From Bilabrum cf. latius (taxonomy: Eukaryota): 64,000 nucleotides of DNA. Shown piece by piece: positions 13,201-27,009 of this stretch. Made by a program: the position numbers and the translations under genes. The notes under the pieces are model-generated. The model did no database searches, was not told the DNA's origin, and saw nothing but the letters and a program-made list of their open reading frames with translations. The DNA lies in NCBI GenBank assembly GCA_965178125.1, contig OZ237739.1:620001-684000 (forward strand), written 5' to 3'. Every line of letters begins with the position of its first letter. The stretch's first letter is position 1.

Positions 13201-16200
13201 TTGTTGGCATGCCTTCCGTTCTATAGCATGGTGCCATTGCCGTGCTTGCACAGACAAGCTCAACTAGCGACAACACGCCAACATTTAACCAAGTGAGCAC
13301 ACTCAGTGAATCAAGCGGGGCAGTAGGAGATGCCCTGCTTAATGGTGTGCTCGTGAGTCCTCTCCGATTTGGAGCTGCTCTATCATTCGCTGGTGATGTC
13401 GACGGCGATCTAGTTGCTGACATTGCTGTCGGGGCTCCTGGTGCCTTCGCACAAGAGGGGGCTGTGTATCTAATTCGACTAAACGGCACGGATAGCACTG
13501 CAGTGTCTGTGACGACGATTGGGTCTTTTTTGGGTGGTCTAGAACGAGGCATTTCCGTGGCATCACAGTTCGGTGCAGCGGTCTTGGGTGGTCCTGAGAT
13601 TGACTTGAATGCCGATGGGGTGCCTGACTTGCTCATCGGAGCCCCAGGATCCCCGGCCGGCTGGATCGGCATAGCATTATTGTCTCGATCAATGCGGGTC
13701 GTGGACTTCCATACGATTGAGTCGGCTGGAGGTTACGGCAGCGGCTCGCGATTCGGTGCCAGTATCGCTAGACTAAGCCCCTCGAGCTGCGTTGCGGCCG
13801 ATGACGCCTAGGCTGCTCTGGCCGCTGGAGACCATTCGGCATGGCGATCATACTCCCCCCTTCTTGGTCGATCATGCCAGATTAATATTGCAGTCGGCAG
13901 TCCAGGTAGCGGCAGCGTTCTTGCGACGCCTGGGTACGGCGGATCTGTCGAGCTACTGACGGTCGATGGATCGGGTGGCGTTTCCGATCGCGCCGTGGTT
14001 GCGTCGCTTCAGGGCGGCATGCCTGTCACCCTTCCGATTGGTGGTCGCTTCGGTGAATCAGTTGCATCTCTTTCTACGGCTACCACGTTTGGTGGTGCCT
14101 CTGTGCTTGCAGTGGTCGGCGCCCCGCCTGTGGCAACCACAGCATCAAATCTATCTACTATTGCAGTTGGCACAGGCGGTGGCTAGCCCGTCGTGCAGTA
14201 GCACGGGCCACCTCCCAGTGAAATATTCGTGCTTGAGCTCGAAGCTAGTAGAAGAGTCAGTGAAGCTCACTGGCTCCAACCGGCCTATGCATTACGACTC
14301 CATGGTGGCAATTCAACTGACCGGCAAGAGCTAGCAGACTTGGTACCATCAGCCCCGGAATATGAATAGGGAGCACTAGGGTCAATAACGCTCGGTGACA
14401 GCATTGATCGTCTGTACATTGGATCTGCGTCGGGCTCACTGCGGGGCGGTGCTGTGATTCAGTTGCACCTAAACGGGAGCGCGTGGGCTTTGGCAGCGCC
14501 ATCACCGTCAAGCTCTGCAATCTCGATGGCACCCGTGTTGCCGCTGCCATCCAGCCTTCCAATGCTATCCGCGAGTCCGACTCCGAGCGCGTTGTCTACG
14601 CCTCTACCAGACGTGTCTGGGACGATCCGCGATGCACCGCCTCCAGCCCCAGTCACTGTGCCGGGCTTGAGCTGGGTCGAGTCCAGCTTGAACGGTTCTG
14701 TGTCTATCCGCGTGCATGGTCAGGCTCCCATGCTTTTGGCACAACCTTTAGAGAGCATTGAGTTCAAGCAAATTCGAGCTCGGATTGAAGCTATTGTGAG
14801 CGGGAGCATGGTGAGGTCGCTGGGCGGCGATGTTGTGTGGGGTGTTGTTGATGGACCTGTGGGCTACGGTGGATTTGAGAATGAACCAGGCCTATGGGTG
14901 GCTTCCAGCACTCAATGGCATGAAATGCCTGGTTCAAGAGAGGTTGTGTTCCATGATGGTGGCAATGCAGCTGCTTCGCAAGAAGGAACGTCGAGCGTTC
15001 TCACGATAGGTGATCAACAGGCTCGTCGAGCAGCAGGAGTGCCTCCAGCCAAGTAGCCCGGAAGATGTCGAAAGGCGAGTTGTGTCTCAAAATCATCACG
15101 CCAGTGTAACAATGGTTGTCACTCACGCACCCTGCAGACGTCTTCAGCTGGCAACGGCAGCTTGAACGGAACAGCTATGAGCAGCGCTGTAAACGAGACC
15201 TTCTCCGTTGGTGATCCCTCCCTGGGGGACCGCTTCGATTTGAGTGCAATTGATTCGGCTAGAGTCTCGATTGGATTCGTGATCACCTCGCACTTGCTAG
15301 TAGACGAGACAGATGCTTCACGGCTTGGTGTCTCCGGGCCTGACCAGCCCGAATCACTCGGGGAAAGGCTGTCAGCTGGTCTACTCGACAATCTCACAAG
15401 CGCGTTTTAGGACCGAACTTTTTCGAGGCAGTTGATTTCAAGCGATCGTGACTTGTTTGAGCCTAGACAAGAGACATTTGGGGCTGCCACAGATGCCGTG
15501 CTTGTAGGTGTGACAGCTGCGGTTAGGCTGATCGATTCGGTCGACCCTGACCCTGGGAATGCAACGGAGGGTTAGGATCCACTTCGAATGGGAGAGTAGA
15601 TCAATATCTCAACCCGGGAGCTTTTCGTTGGCATCATCTCTTTTATTGCTGTCACATTTGTGTGTGTTGGAGGTGCATTTGGAGTTCTGTGGTTAATCAA
15701 CGCAAGGCAATCCGAAGCCATCCAGGCAGAAGACGACGAGGCACAACGGATCGTGAGGCAGCTGGATGACGAGGATGCCTTCGATGGCGACGAGGAACGC
15801 ATCAATACCAACAATTACATTGGGAGAGACCGTGCAAACCGTAAGAAATACGACCTTCAGCACGGCTCGGAGGTCGGACCCGGCAAGCCGCACAGCGGCG
15901 TGATTGCCCATTCCAGATACTCGTCACTCGACTCGAAAGAGGACATCCCCTCGATCGTTGGAGGCGCCTTAGGCAGTAGGGGTAGGCTTCGAGCTGGGTA
16001 GTTTGGCTGCAGGGCTCCTGGTCCTGTCGCGAAGGTGAGCAGGGGACGATTTGGCAAGACCACAAGCCGGATGAGTGCGCTGTGGCAGAGCGGGGCGCAG
16101 GTGTCGATGAGCACGCGACACTCGAGCATGACCCGCGGCGAATCCGCTGACTCTGAAGGCGATCGAGCTCAATTCTAGCCTGCCAGCTCGCCGCAAGGCA

Positions 16201-17462
16201 CGCGAGAGGCTAAGGCAATAGCCTCTACCCGACCACCTGAGCAGCTTCCTCGCACCTTGCAGCGCCGGTCTAGCCGCCGGCAGCTTCGAGATGCCGGCTT
16301 TGACACTCACATGACTGCTGCAGAACGGCGCTCTATGCTCGGACAGTATGGTGCATCGGCTAGCCTCCTCTAGCGCGGCTTGCAGGCAGCTAATACGAAG
16401 ACTCGAGGCAGTGTGGCATCCCCTCCTTCCCGGGCTCCGTACGCCAAGCGACAAGGAGTGCAGAGGTCAGCAACCCAATCGCCTCGCACGAGACGGCGTT
16501 CTCAGCCTGCCTTCTTTCTTGACGCTGCTGGTTCCGACGATGCCAGCCCAGTGGGTGTCAATGTCGCTGATCTTGCATCGTGGAAGAATACCAAGCAAGG
16601 AAGTGTCTTGAGCGGCGAAACTTCCTGCCCTGCGGTCAATCATACCGGCCTAGTCAGGACAGCCTCCAGCAATCCTTCCAATGAAGAGTCTGGCGATACA
16701 ATTGGTGATAACGTTGGCGTGGCAGTGACGCGGTCAAGTTCAGAACATGATTTCGAAGACCCGAATGATGGAGATTCAGCCCAGGACGACCGGCAGTTCG
16801 CAGGGGCCATCGATATGACCGGCAGCAGGGACTACCGTTCCAATGCCGACTAGTATCAGTCTAGCAGTGATGGTTCTAGTAGCATCTCTGGACATTACCA
16901 TGCAGAGCAGGGCTCGAGACAGTCCAGTGCCCGGAGGTCTAGAGCTGGGTCTGACCCAGGCTTCATGATCGACACGGTGGCATGTGGGTCGGAGGAGCTT
17001 GTCGTTGGTGGCTCGTTGCATCGGTCGCCACGAGTGGTCCTCATGGAGAGCCCGCGCGATGACATGACAACTACAACGAGGAGCGAGTGGATGTGTGAGC
17101 CTGACTAGACCGGCGTTGCTGCGCCATATGGCGCTGTGGCTTCAAGTGCATCGCCGGGTTTGGCCTCGACTCGGTCTGGCACAAGCAGATCCAAGCCAGT
17201 ATCCGAGGTGTAGGAGTAGAGCGATTCCAGTGGGATGGTAGCCAATCACTCGGGCCCTAGAGGCAGTGCTGCCCTTGCTGCGATACGCAAGGCTGCCGAG
17301 GTGGGTCACGACACAGAATCAGTGGCTGGTTCTGACGGCGGCTCTGGAGCACACCAAGCTGTGGCTGCTGGTTCTTTGGAGGGGATAGATGATGATGAGG
17401 TCGCTCAACTGATATTGGCGGCTGCAGCGGCGGGCGTTTCGCTTGACGAAGACAGTAGCTGA
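7245..17462 (+). CDS. Giant FG-GAP repeat (integrin-alpha beta-propeller-like) type I membrane protein, ~3,400 aa; true start probably in an upstream exon
   Basis: One continuous frame with ~27 TAG and no TAA/TGA until TGA at 17460-17462. Many FG..GDLDGDG..D.AVGA motifs, Ser-Pro linkers, TM helix LFVGIISFIAVTFVCVGGAFGVLWLI (~15621-15698) and a long Ser/Arg-rich tail. Possible splice acceptor at 7280 (ttttataccgcag). Confidence 0.88.
12686..13028 (+). repeat. Coding hexamer-based low-complexity repeat (AGC-CCG / AGC-TCC / AGC-ACC) encoding a Ser/Pro/Thr mucin-like linker
   Basis: Directly visible ccagc/ccgagc runs; translates as SPSSSASPSTSASPSS in the FG-GAP frame. Confidence 0.9.
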
Positions 17463-17622
17463 ACCCCCACTTTGCAACGGCTTACCTCAACACACCAAGC
17501 CTTACCACATCCAATAGGATCCTGGGGGATAAGGGATTTTGAGATCCATGGAACAGATTAGTACACTGCGTGTCTTTGAACGGAAAACTGTATGGAAATC
17601 ACCACAGACCTTCTGCACTGAG

Positions 17623-20600
17623 TCACTGCTATCCACCGCCAGTCGTGGCGCCCTGGCCCAGGCTGGAGCTGGCCGGGCTGCCCCCTCTTGCACCCCCCTT
17701 CGAGCCCGACTTGCTCACACTCCGCTTCAAGAGGCTGTTTGGCTCCCCACCTGGTGGGGCCGCAGGCGATGCAGACGCGTCCCTAGCGGCGAAGCCAGAC
17801 ACCTTCACCGAAGAAACCGCCAAGCTACCGGCGGCGACCGTCTGACTGGCTGCATCGCTGTCCTTGCTGCTACCAGTCGCGCTGCTAGAAGCAGCAGCGA
17901 CAGAAATGTGTGAGGACATAGCATCCGCGTCTCCTTTCGTCATGGCTCCTTTCTCAATTTCACTCGAATTGCCTCCACTCGCTGTACCACTGCTGAAACC
18001 AGCCGCTGCAGAATCTTTCCAGCTTGGTCTTGTCATGTACGTGGATCGAACCGTTTGCACGACATGCTCTGGCAATTTCCCCGAAGCTAGGCGATTGAAA
18101 ACTTTGTGGAACGTTGTGCGCACCCAATTGCTTCCGTCAGCACTCCGGCATGCGATTGGGTCACCCTGCATGGAGTCAGGAACGAACTCGCGAGGGACAG
18201 GACTCACGGAGTCACCGCTGCGAGAGCTGCGGAAGCATGCTCCTCCTGTTGCCAGCTAGCTAGCCACTTCATCCGTGTCTGACTCGGACTCAGAGACTCG
18301 ACTCGCCGTCAAGAGGCTGGCAGGCGGTACATCAGGGTTGGACTGCTCGCCACCAGCGGATGCAGCGGCACCGCTGCCACCATTTGCCTGCCTGCTGGGT
18401 CCGTACCTCTCGTAGATGGCATTGAAGTACTTCTGGGCCAGCTTGCCTGCCTACAGTGCTGCGGGAATTCGGGTGAAAGCTGATACAAGCCACGCGCTCC
18501 CGGCAGCCGATCGGCACGCCATCGGCTTCCTTCGCAAGCGAGACACCAGCCCATTGGGTCCCAGGCGCTCGACAGAATCTGAAGCGTCCTCATAGAAGTA
18601 GACGGGCAATCCAGCTGCTACCTGCTGCGCAAACTAGACCGTGACATCGATGGGTATACTGCTTGGCATGCTGCGGATGATGCCAGCTGGAGGCATGTCC
18701 TCCCTTTCCGGGTTGGGCGGCTCAGAACTCGTGCGAGACTACTTGGAAGATGCGGCTTCAAGGGCCGCAGATTCTCGTTGCGCTGATGATGTTTCGCCAG
18801 GACTTGGTGCAGAGGACTTCAATGCAGCTGATGGCTTTGATCCGATGGAAGAATCACGGCTTCGTTTAGTTCCTAGCGCTGGGCTGCGTGCGATGTACTC
18901 ACTGTCATCCTCGGCACCAGACCCACCTACTGGCTCGATGTCGCTGTCAAGCTCTTCGAAGGAGCCCACCCGAGCTGAAGAGGCCCGCTTGCTCTGCCGA
19001 GTTGGCTATAATTGCGTTCGGCTAGCCGACGCTCCCTTGCGCCGCTTCGTGGAATCGGCACGACTGGATGGTGGCTGCTTTGGGCCAGAAACACTCTCTC
19101 GGGAACGCGATCTAGCCGTGTACATCTGTACAAGGCGAGCCAGCTATTCGCGTTCCTCGTCGGAAGCCGTTGCTCGCTTGAACTTAGAGTACACCTTGCT
19201 CAATGTGGTTACGATCCAAGCCTTCATAGACGGGCTCCAGCAGCACAAAGGAACATCGCGAGTGCTACTGACAGTCCTCAAACTGCCTGGTGCTAGCTGG
19301 GCAACACTTTTCTTGTCCTTTGACAGGCAATACACAGGCGATCCTCCAACGGACAGGGCCAAGAATTCCTTCTACACCTCTGATGCCACCACTTTGGGCG
19401 CTTCAATCAAGAGAGATAAGCACGGAAGCTTTTTAGATGCGCCTCGGGATGCCTTGGAGTCTCTCGTCGAGCCCCTCGTCCCTCCGTCGACTGAAGGATC
19501 GGATCCTGCATACGGCGACATCCCCACCTTCTGACGATTCTAGCTGACGCTGTGGCTACCACTCGCAGCAGCAGGTCTATGAATACAAGTCTACCGGAAC
19601 CGTCTCATCGTTGCCCTGGCGTCCTCTGTCGGAAGGGAGAGCTTCAGCATTTTGATGGGAGTAGACACCAGGATCCTTTTCTGGTCAAGTGATGGGCCAG
19701 CAATCGCGCGATGGTTGTCACGAGGGACATTGATTCTAAAGACCGGCGCGACCTAGCCGTCGGGCGCTGTCGGGTCTCTCCAGTACGTGCAGATACCGCT
19801 GACCATGCTCTCGAGCAGCTCTCTCGAGTCGCTTTGCTTAACAACTCTAGGCATGCTGTCGAGAGCAGCTGTAATGCCGTCTAGCATGCTCTGGCTCACG
19901 TGAAGTCGGGAGTGGAGGGGTGCCGACTTGTCGTTCGCATCGCTGCTGCTGCTGCTGCCGCTTGTACTGGTAGGCCTTGCGCTTGTACTGGTGGTGCTGC
20001 CGCCTGTCTCGCCGGCAACACCAATCTCATATACGCCCCTCACAGCCGGCGAGTCGCTTGCTCGCGGCGACAGCTAGTTCCGAGTCGTCGCAGCATCTTC
20101 TGTGCCTTGAATAGGGGCAGAATAACGAGAGGAAGAAGACGCAGAAGAAGAAACGGAGGACTTTCGAAGCCCTGCCTTGGGCTGTTCTGGTCTTGCCGTT
20201 GAATGGCTCGCCGCCTACGAGTGGCCTCGTCGCGGCGGCTCCACCCTGCGACGTTTGCCAGCACGACCAGTATCACCCAGTGAAGATGCATCCGAGGCAC
20301 TCTTCAGCATGCTTGCACGGCCTTCGCTCGGACTTGCACCTGCTCTCTGGGACGGAACTGCTAGGCCTGAGCTCGCGCTGGCAGAGCTGGACGAGGCAGC
20401 CTACCCGCGCCTCGCCAAGCTTGCATCGCCGTATTGCTCGGCCAAGTCTAGCTAAGATTGCTCTAGACGAGCGATAGCTCGATGATGAGCTCGTATCTCC
20501 TGCGTCCACTGCTACTCCAAGGCGATCGCCTAGCGACCAGCAGCCAGCTAGTCCTCTAGAAGCCGAAGGTGCTCTTGCATCCGTGCCGCGGATGCACTCT

Positions 20601-20880
20601 ATGAAATATCACCGCTATTCTAGCCAAATGACCTCGGGTTTGCACCCATAGGACTGGTCTGATCGTCAGCAGGTTGCATCATGTTAGAAGCACGCAAATT
20701 GGACCCAGCGCTTGAACTGCTCTGACGCACTCCAGATCCAAGCGGAGCCGAATGCAACGATTCTGCTACAGCTTCTCCATCATTTTGCGGCGATTCACCC
20801 TCAATCACGTCATCTCTGTCCGTGTAACGACTTAGTACGGCGTTTATCTCGGCATCCTCATCAAAATTACAGCCATCCAT
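17623..20880 (-). CDS. Novel-domain family protein 3 (~1085 aa): N-terminal coiled coil, KRRR motif, four domain copies
   Basis: ATG at 20880 (MDGCNFDEDAE); ~20 in-frame TAGs join ORFs 20620..20880, 19753..20043, 19144..19362, 18739..18969 and 17629..18207; ends GGG-Q-Q-TGA at 17623. Confidence 0.85.
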
Positions 20881-21129
20881 TTTTCGCCGCAGTCTTCAGC
20901 TTAAACCAGATGTCATCTCAATACATTGATACAAGTAAATTAGGATGACAGCATTCTGCTCAATGCAGCATGGGTCGCTCAAGGAGTAGAGCAAGGTTGC
21001 ACTACAGTTCGATGCCCCATTCAGAATTTATAACGAGTGATTAGTGATATACAGCGACAGCTTGCGACCAAGCCGAGACCAACGGATCTGGCGCTCCTAA
21101 ATACAAGTTGGCGCTGGAGAAGCGCGAGT

Positions 21130-23472
21130 ATGCATGCATCTGGATCTATGTCAGCACGAGGTGGGGGATCTCGTCGTCGTGCAGTTGAGGAAGCTTTGAA
21201 TGCGGCGCTGATTGGTAAATTTGGAGACAAGTGAGCTATCGGATCCCTGGTTCGACTGCAACTGGCGCCATCAAGTGGTACCGGCATCATGAGAACGACA
21301 AAGTTTCAGCCGATGCGAAGGAAATTTGATTTGTTATAGTGCTTATGTAAGCTAGTGCTTACACCGAGAGCCGATTCCATGTGTCTCTCTCGCAGCCCAC
21401 AAGCCGAGGCTGTTGTGCGCCACGAGGTGCGTCAGTTTGTCGCTGCTGGTGGACGAATGAGCAGCGGTGCCATAAAGCATCTGCAGCAGAAAGTCCACGA
21501 CCGCGTGAGCCGCTCCCGATCCAAGCCTTTAGCCCTTGGACTACCGGGAGAGAAGCTGAGCACTTCGGTTCGTTCGCCGCGCGTGCACTCCGCACGCGGG
21601 CACTTCCAGCGGTCCGGCGCTCTCGGCCGGAACTCACCACGCGCCGCCGCTGCGCTAGCCAGTGGTACCCTCCGCCTGGCAGGATCCAATACCATGGGAA
21701 GAGGAGGAGGGGGTCGCATGTCACCTCGCGCAGGGGTCGGCATGCACCTCGGCGGAACCTCCACTTCTAGCAGGATCCGAGGGACGCGGGCTCCTTCCCA
21801 GATGGGCCGGTCCGGTGCCCTGTCGGCCCGTGGGCCGATCTCTGTGGACCGTGTGCGAGCTGCGGGCATCCCAGCCGGCCCGGATTCCATGCTCCGGTCC
21901 GGCGGAGGCGGACGGCTGAGGCCGGCCCTATCTGCAACCGGCGGAGTCCCGCCCGACGACGGATCTGCGCGCGCCCGCGTCATGAGGATGCGGGCCACCG
22001 GCCGTCTCGACGGCGCCGAGCCTTCGCCGCGCAGCAGCACCCGGCGCCGCGGTGGGGGTGCAGGGCACGGTGGTGAGGGCCGCCGCAGTCCCAGGGGCGT
22101 GCGCATCGCTGACGGGTACGGCGAGGAGGAGCAGAAGGACTACACCGTGGGTGCTCCTGGGGGGGAGCAGGAAGCAGGTGCTCCGTACGGGGGGGAAGGG
22201 GAAGGGGAGGGTGAAATGCCTCCCGCCAGCAAGGACCCCATCGTCGAACGATCGGAGCGCGTGAGGCATCGGGTGATGGCGGATCCGACGCCCGATCGAG
22301 TGGACGAGGTGATCGAGGAGGTGCTGCAGCGCCGCGAGAAGGAGGAGGAGAGACGCACCCGCATGGCCGAGCAGAAGGCCTTCCGCGCCGAGCTACGGAA
22401 GCAAGAAGAGGAGAAGGCCAGGAGGATGGAGGCAGAGAAGGAGGAGGAAATGGCCTTCATGGACATGATGCAGGCGAGGGAGAAGGCAGAGGCAGAGGCA
22501 GAAAAGCGCGAGCAGGAGCGGACTATGGAACAGGACCGGACCTAGAAGCAGGCCCGAAAGCGGCAGGCCGAGCGCCAGGCCGAGCGGAAGAGGGCCGAGC
22601 AGGAGGAGCGGATCGCCTGGGAGAGGTACGTGCAGGCTCTCGGGCACCAGAAGGACGCAGAAGACAAGGCGAAGGAGAAGCGCAACGTGCTCGAGAACCG
22701 CGCCAAGATGCGGGCGCTGATGGACGACAACGACAAGAGCCAAGCTTAGAGGCGGGCGGAAGAGCGCGCGAGGAGGGAGACGGAGAGGCAACAGATGCTC
22801 CGGGATACGGAGGCGCTAGCCAAGGAGGACAGCGACAGGAAGGCCCTGATGCAGCAGAGGTACGGCAAGCCGGCTGACATGGTGCTGGCTGCCAAGCTGA
22901 GGCGGGAGGCCCGCAAGGAGGAGGAAGAGAAGGAGAAGGAGAGGCAGAGAATGGAGTTCCAGTCCATGAAGGAGAGGGTGGAGGCGGCCGAGAGGGCCGA
23001 CCGCGAGGCGAAAAAGCTTGCCCAGCAGGAGGAGAGGGCGGCCCTCCTCGAGCAAGCCGCTGAGAAGAGGCGGGAGCAGGCGGCGGTCAAGGAGAACGAG
23101 AGAAAGATCGCCGATCTGCTGAAGCAGAGATCCCATGCGGAGCAGCTGGAGGTCAAGGAGGAGGAGGAGGCACTCGCCGCGAAGCGCAGGCTGTACCAGA
23201 GGCAGCTGGACCGCCAGAAGGACATGCAGAAGCGGCTGGCAGACCGCAAGAGGAAGGAGGAGCTGGAGGCGATCGCCGATCGCCTCAAGGCGGTGGAAGG
23301 AGACGACGAGCTCATGGATGCCATTGATTCTGCTCTGCAGAAGCGCGCAGAGGAGCGGGATGTTGCTCGGCACAAGGGTGAGGCGGCTCGCGCAGGCGAC
23401 GCTGCCATGCTGAGGAAAGCGGCGGCAGAGGCCGAGGCTGCGGCTGCTCGGGCCGAGGCAGGGGACTACTGA
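21130..23472 (+). CDS. Glu/Arg/Lys-rich long coiled-coil protein (trichohyalin-like composition, possibly cytoskeletal or flagellar); exons 21130-21230 and 21396-23472
   Basis: A GTGAGC...CTCTCTCGCAG intron joins MHASGSM...GKFGDN to PQAEAVV in frame; TAGs at 22543 and 22747 lie inside an uninterrupted coiled coil; ends TGA. Confidence 0.8.
21231..21395 (+). other. Spliceosomal intron (165 nt)
   Basis: GTGAGC donor, pyrimidine-rich CGCAG acceptor, in-frame join, AT-richer than the flanking exons. Confidence 0.7.
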
Positions 23473-23687
23473 TCTTGTGGACCCGCTGGGGTTATTTCTT
23501 CTAAGAATCGCGCTGGGCAACATGCACATTTGATGCAATGACCATTAATCCACAATTTTCTGGGGGTGGATCCGCCGATCCGGAGCGCAGAAGCGGGCGA
23601 CCATCCGGTGCAGAGGGCTACTAAAGGGAAACCCCTCTTCATTCTACTGATTCCTTTTGATGCCATTGGGCGTACCAAGTCTTTGAA

Positions 23688-24416
23688 ATGGATTTGAGGC
23701 CCAAGCTCTAGTAGCTCGTGGAGATTCGAAAGCGCCACATAGCTATGCGCCAAGCGACTCTGCAGAAACGGAGAGAAGCCCTCGATGCAAGGCGCGCCAT
23801 GTTGCAGAAAGATAAGGAAACGGTACTGGGTCTGGTACGCCAGCGCGTCCCCGATGCCAGTTCTCAAGAGTCTTCAAAAGAGCGAGGCGAAGTGCAACTC
23901 GAGCAGGCTATAGAACGCGGCGAAGCCCTAGCAAAACGTGCCAGAACAGTCCCACTTCAGGTTGATCTACATTAGACGAATCCTGTGCAGTAGAAGTCTG
24001 GCGAGGAGAAGCCTGGACCGGCCTTGTTTCGGACGATTCCGCGGCTCGTGTCGAAGGACGTGTCTGCCTCAATGGTTCGACTGATTGCAGCAGGGCAGCC
24101 TGTTTATTTTTGTCCAAAGCAAGGCGGCCCAGTGGAACATGCGGACGGGAGAGTGTCTTCAGAGCAGGTTGCCTCTGCATTGGCGTGCAGGTCGGCCTCC
24201 AAATGGCTGCTGAGCACGTACGATAGAATCCGGAGACACAGGGATTCAGGCGCGTTTACTGAAGAACAGTGGCAGAAGTTCGGCGCGAGATTGCGTCCAA
24301 AAGGCGCAGCTGTCCGACGGCGGGCCAAGAAGTCGATGCAGAGCGTGGCTGGTACAGCCAGCAAGGACCCGTCCAAAAGCAGACACAGCGAGAAATCTGG
24401 CAAAGAAGTGACTTGA
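23688..24416 (+). CDS. Novel-domain family protein 4 (~242 aa), minimal member: coiled coil plus one domain copy
   Basis: ATG at 23688, MDLRPKL**LVEIRKR (tandem TAG TAG = QQ); TAGs at 23973 and ~23991 join ORFs 23718..23975 and 24024..24416; ends TGA. Confidence 0.82.
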
Positions 24417-24485
24417 AATCGCGGCAAAGCGACCATCTTATCTCACACAGCAATCAACCTGAAGTGAAGTCCCCAAATGCTCGTC

Positions 24486-26771
24486 TCACGACCGCTTCGC
24501 GGCTGCGCTCTTCGCGCTCTTCCAGTACCTCGCGACCACCTGTCTCATGTCTGCCTTGGAAATCATCCCGGCCTGCTGGGCGCGCCGTATGCACCGAAAC
24601 GAAGTCTTGATCCAGAGACCTTCGCTGCTTTTGCAGGCAATGGGGCGCTCCCTGGCCGCCTTGCTCGCTCCGAACTAGGGTACCTCAACCACTGCGTCCT
24701 CGCCCACCACACTTGGGCCGCTACTAGCAGTAGAAGGACCCGCTTTTCGCAGCCAGAAACATGGATACCCGGCCACCAATCGCTCAGCTACTGCCACGCT
24801 GTCTTCCATTGGGACGTGGTCCGGCAAGTCTGCTAACAGCTGTGCCGCTGGAAGGTCTGGGCCCTTGGCTTTGGCAGCCCCGCGGCCCTGCAGTGGCGTG
24901 CTGGTCTGCTGCTTCACAGCAGCTAACTCTGGCGCAGCAGCTGCGAGCGGCATAGACCCTGCACTGCCAGCTGCTTCTTTCCTGCTGGACGCATCAGCAC
25001 CAATGCCTGATCCGTCCAGGGTAGACACGGCTGAGCTTGGGCGCTGGCCTTCGTTTCTAGTGGTCCCGACCGCCATGCCGGCACCGATCGAGCTGTCCTG
25101 CTACTGCCCCGCGCTGGTGCGCACGACAGGGTGAGCATAAAATCGCAAGCGCACTCGATTCATGAGCTCGGTGGTGATTCTACCATCACTGGCTGCATTT
25201 GCTAGCCGGCGTAGGCTGCAGAGCATCCAGCCAGGCGACCCCAGAGGAACCCCAAAGTGTTTGGTATGCATGCTACCAGACACGGAGTGCTCTGGGACCT
25301 CCTCGAGCGTCCCATCGGAATCGCTCAGCCAATAGCACTTGCCTCCATTCGCAAGATATGAAGCAATCGCGTCATACTGAGCCGAGAATATCCTTGTCCT
25401 CTTGCCAGCCAAAAGCACTTCCTTGAGCCCCTCCAAGTCGCCCAAGGTATCGGGCACAATTGACTCTTGCACAATTTCGCTGCTTGGTATCGCGTCAACG
25501 TCGATATCAACATCGTCAGACGCCGCATCAGACTGAGCCTATTGTCCATCTGCCGCTGCATCGAGCGCTGGAACCCGTTCGTCTTGCTGGGCATCCGCTG
25601 CTGCAGAGCCTCCGAGAGACCGAACTGGAGCGCTTGCGCCGTATATGTTCCTGATTCTTTGCAAGGTGTCATTATCGATAACTTGTCTACTATGGAGTCC
25701 CTTAATTCGCTAGTAAGAGCTCACGAGCCAGGTGCCCACTGAGCTGCGGCAAGCCAGCGGCGCTGACCTAATCCGTGTCAAGCCTTGCTTCGGCTGCACC
25801 TAGTGCACCTCGCCGGACTTCTCGTCCAAGTAAAAGACGGGACGTCCAGAGGCCAGACAAAGAGCCACCTGTCGAGTCGTCTCCCGGGGCACATGCACTA
25901 CGTCCTTGCCGGATTGTCCTCCAGACGGCAGGCTCGCAAGCACGCGGGGGTCGGGCCGTTCCCTTGCTGCTGCAAGCTGGTGCTGTGGCTGCACGACTTC
26001 GATTGCATGTACAGCAAGAGCAGAGGATTTCGGGCCGGTTGCATGTCTCGGTCTCCTCGCGATCGTTTTATTTCTTGGCTTGCCTCTGCTGGACCCGGTG
26101 GGCGAAACTTGCTGCTTGGCTCGTCGGCTGGCTGACACTGGAGAGCCTGAGCTTGGCTAATCATGTGCGGGGGAATGCATCATAATAACACTTTCAGAAG
26201 AATCGCTATCAATATTTTCGACCAATTCATGGTCGATGATTTCGATGTCAGAGTCGTCAGAGCCGGTCTATTTGCGAAACTCAACGCGCCGCCGCCTAGC
26301 GGCAGGCCCTGATGTGGCCAACTGAAATTGGTCTTGTTGCTATTGGTGTGAAATTACACCGTGGCTAGCGCCAACCTGCTTCAGACTATCTCGCTTGCGC
26401 TTTTCTCCAACCTTCTTTGAAGGCAAATATTTCCTAGGAAATGAGCCTTGATCTATCGACGACTGCAGCAAATGCTAGTGCTTGCCTGTCATTATTTCAC
26501 TATCGTGGGAGTGAGGCAGTGGCTGTGCAGACTGCCCGGAGGATGAGCTCGATGCGATTGGAGCCCTACCGACTGGCAGGCCAACCTGAGCTAGCAGCGA
26601 AGCCCGAAGCTTTTGCCATCTTTGCAACTCGGCCTCAAAAGAGTCCTCATGTTGCTTCTGCACACTCTCCTCCTCCTCGAGAATCCGGGCCTGCGCTGAG
26701 TATATTGCCTCGTCTTGCTTAGCCTTTAGCTCAAGTTCTCGTAATTGCTTCAAAGTAATCATGCCTGCCAT
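24486..26771 (-). CDS. Novel-domain family protein 5 (~761 aa): coiled coil, KRKR motif, acidic tract, three domain copies
   Basis: ATG at 26771 after an upstream TAA; 9 in-frame TAGs (one in HQ*QQDQFQ) join ORFs 26475..26783, 25800..26138, 25101..25472 and 24675..25076; ends TGA at 24486. Confidence 0.85.
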
Positions 26772-26937
26772 GCTCGGGGACAAAAAAGATATGTGAAGTT
26801 ATCCTCAAACCTGATAGGCTTTGAAACTGCGGCTCGTGTTGTTTGCGCCAACCACTTGTTGAGGGGCGACAGTGCAGTGCCACTACGGGCGTGCGACATA
26901 GGGAAGTTGCCGCGATTCATGCGTACTGACAGAAACA

Positions 26938-26978
26938 TCAATCTTCATGCTTATCGTTTTCAATCAAGACGACTTCGC

Positions 26979-27009
<31 letters not shown>

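Noticed and set aside
7245-17462. Pseudogene or sequencing-error explanation for the fragmented ORFs
   Set aside because: Decay would also produce TAA, TGA and frameshifts. Only TAG interrupts the frames, on both strands and in every gene including housekeeping ones.
18641-19534. 297-aa plus-strand ORF (and similar ones at 4144..4887, 33134..33841, 54491..55249)
   Set aside because: Antisense to well-supported minus-strand genes.
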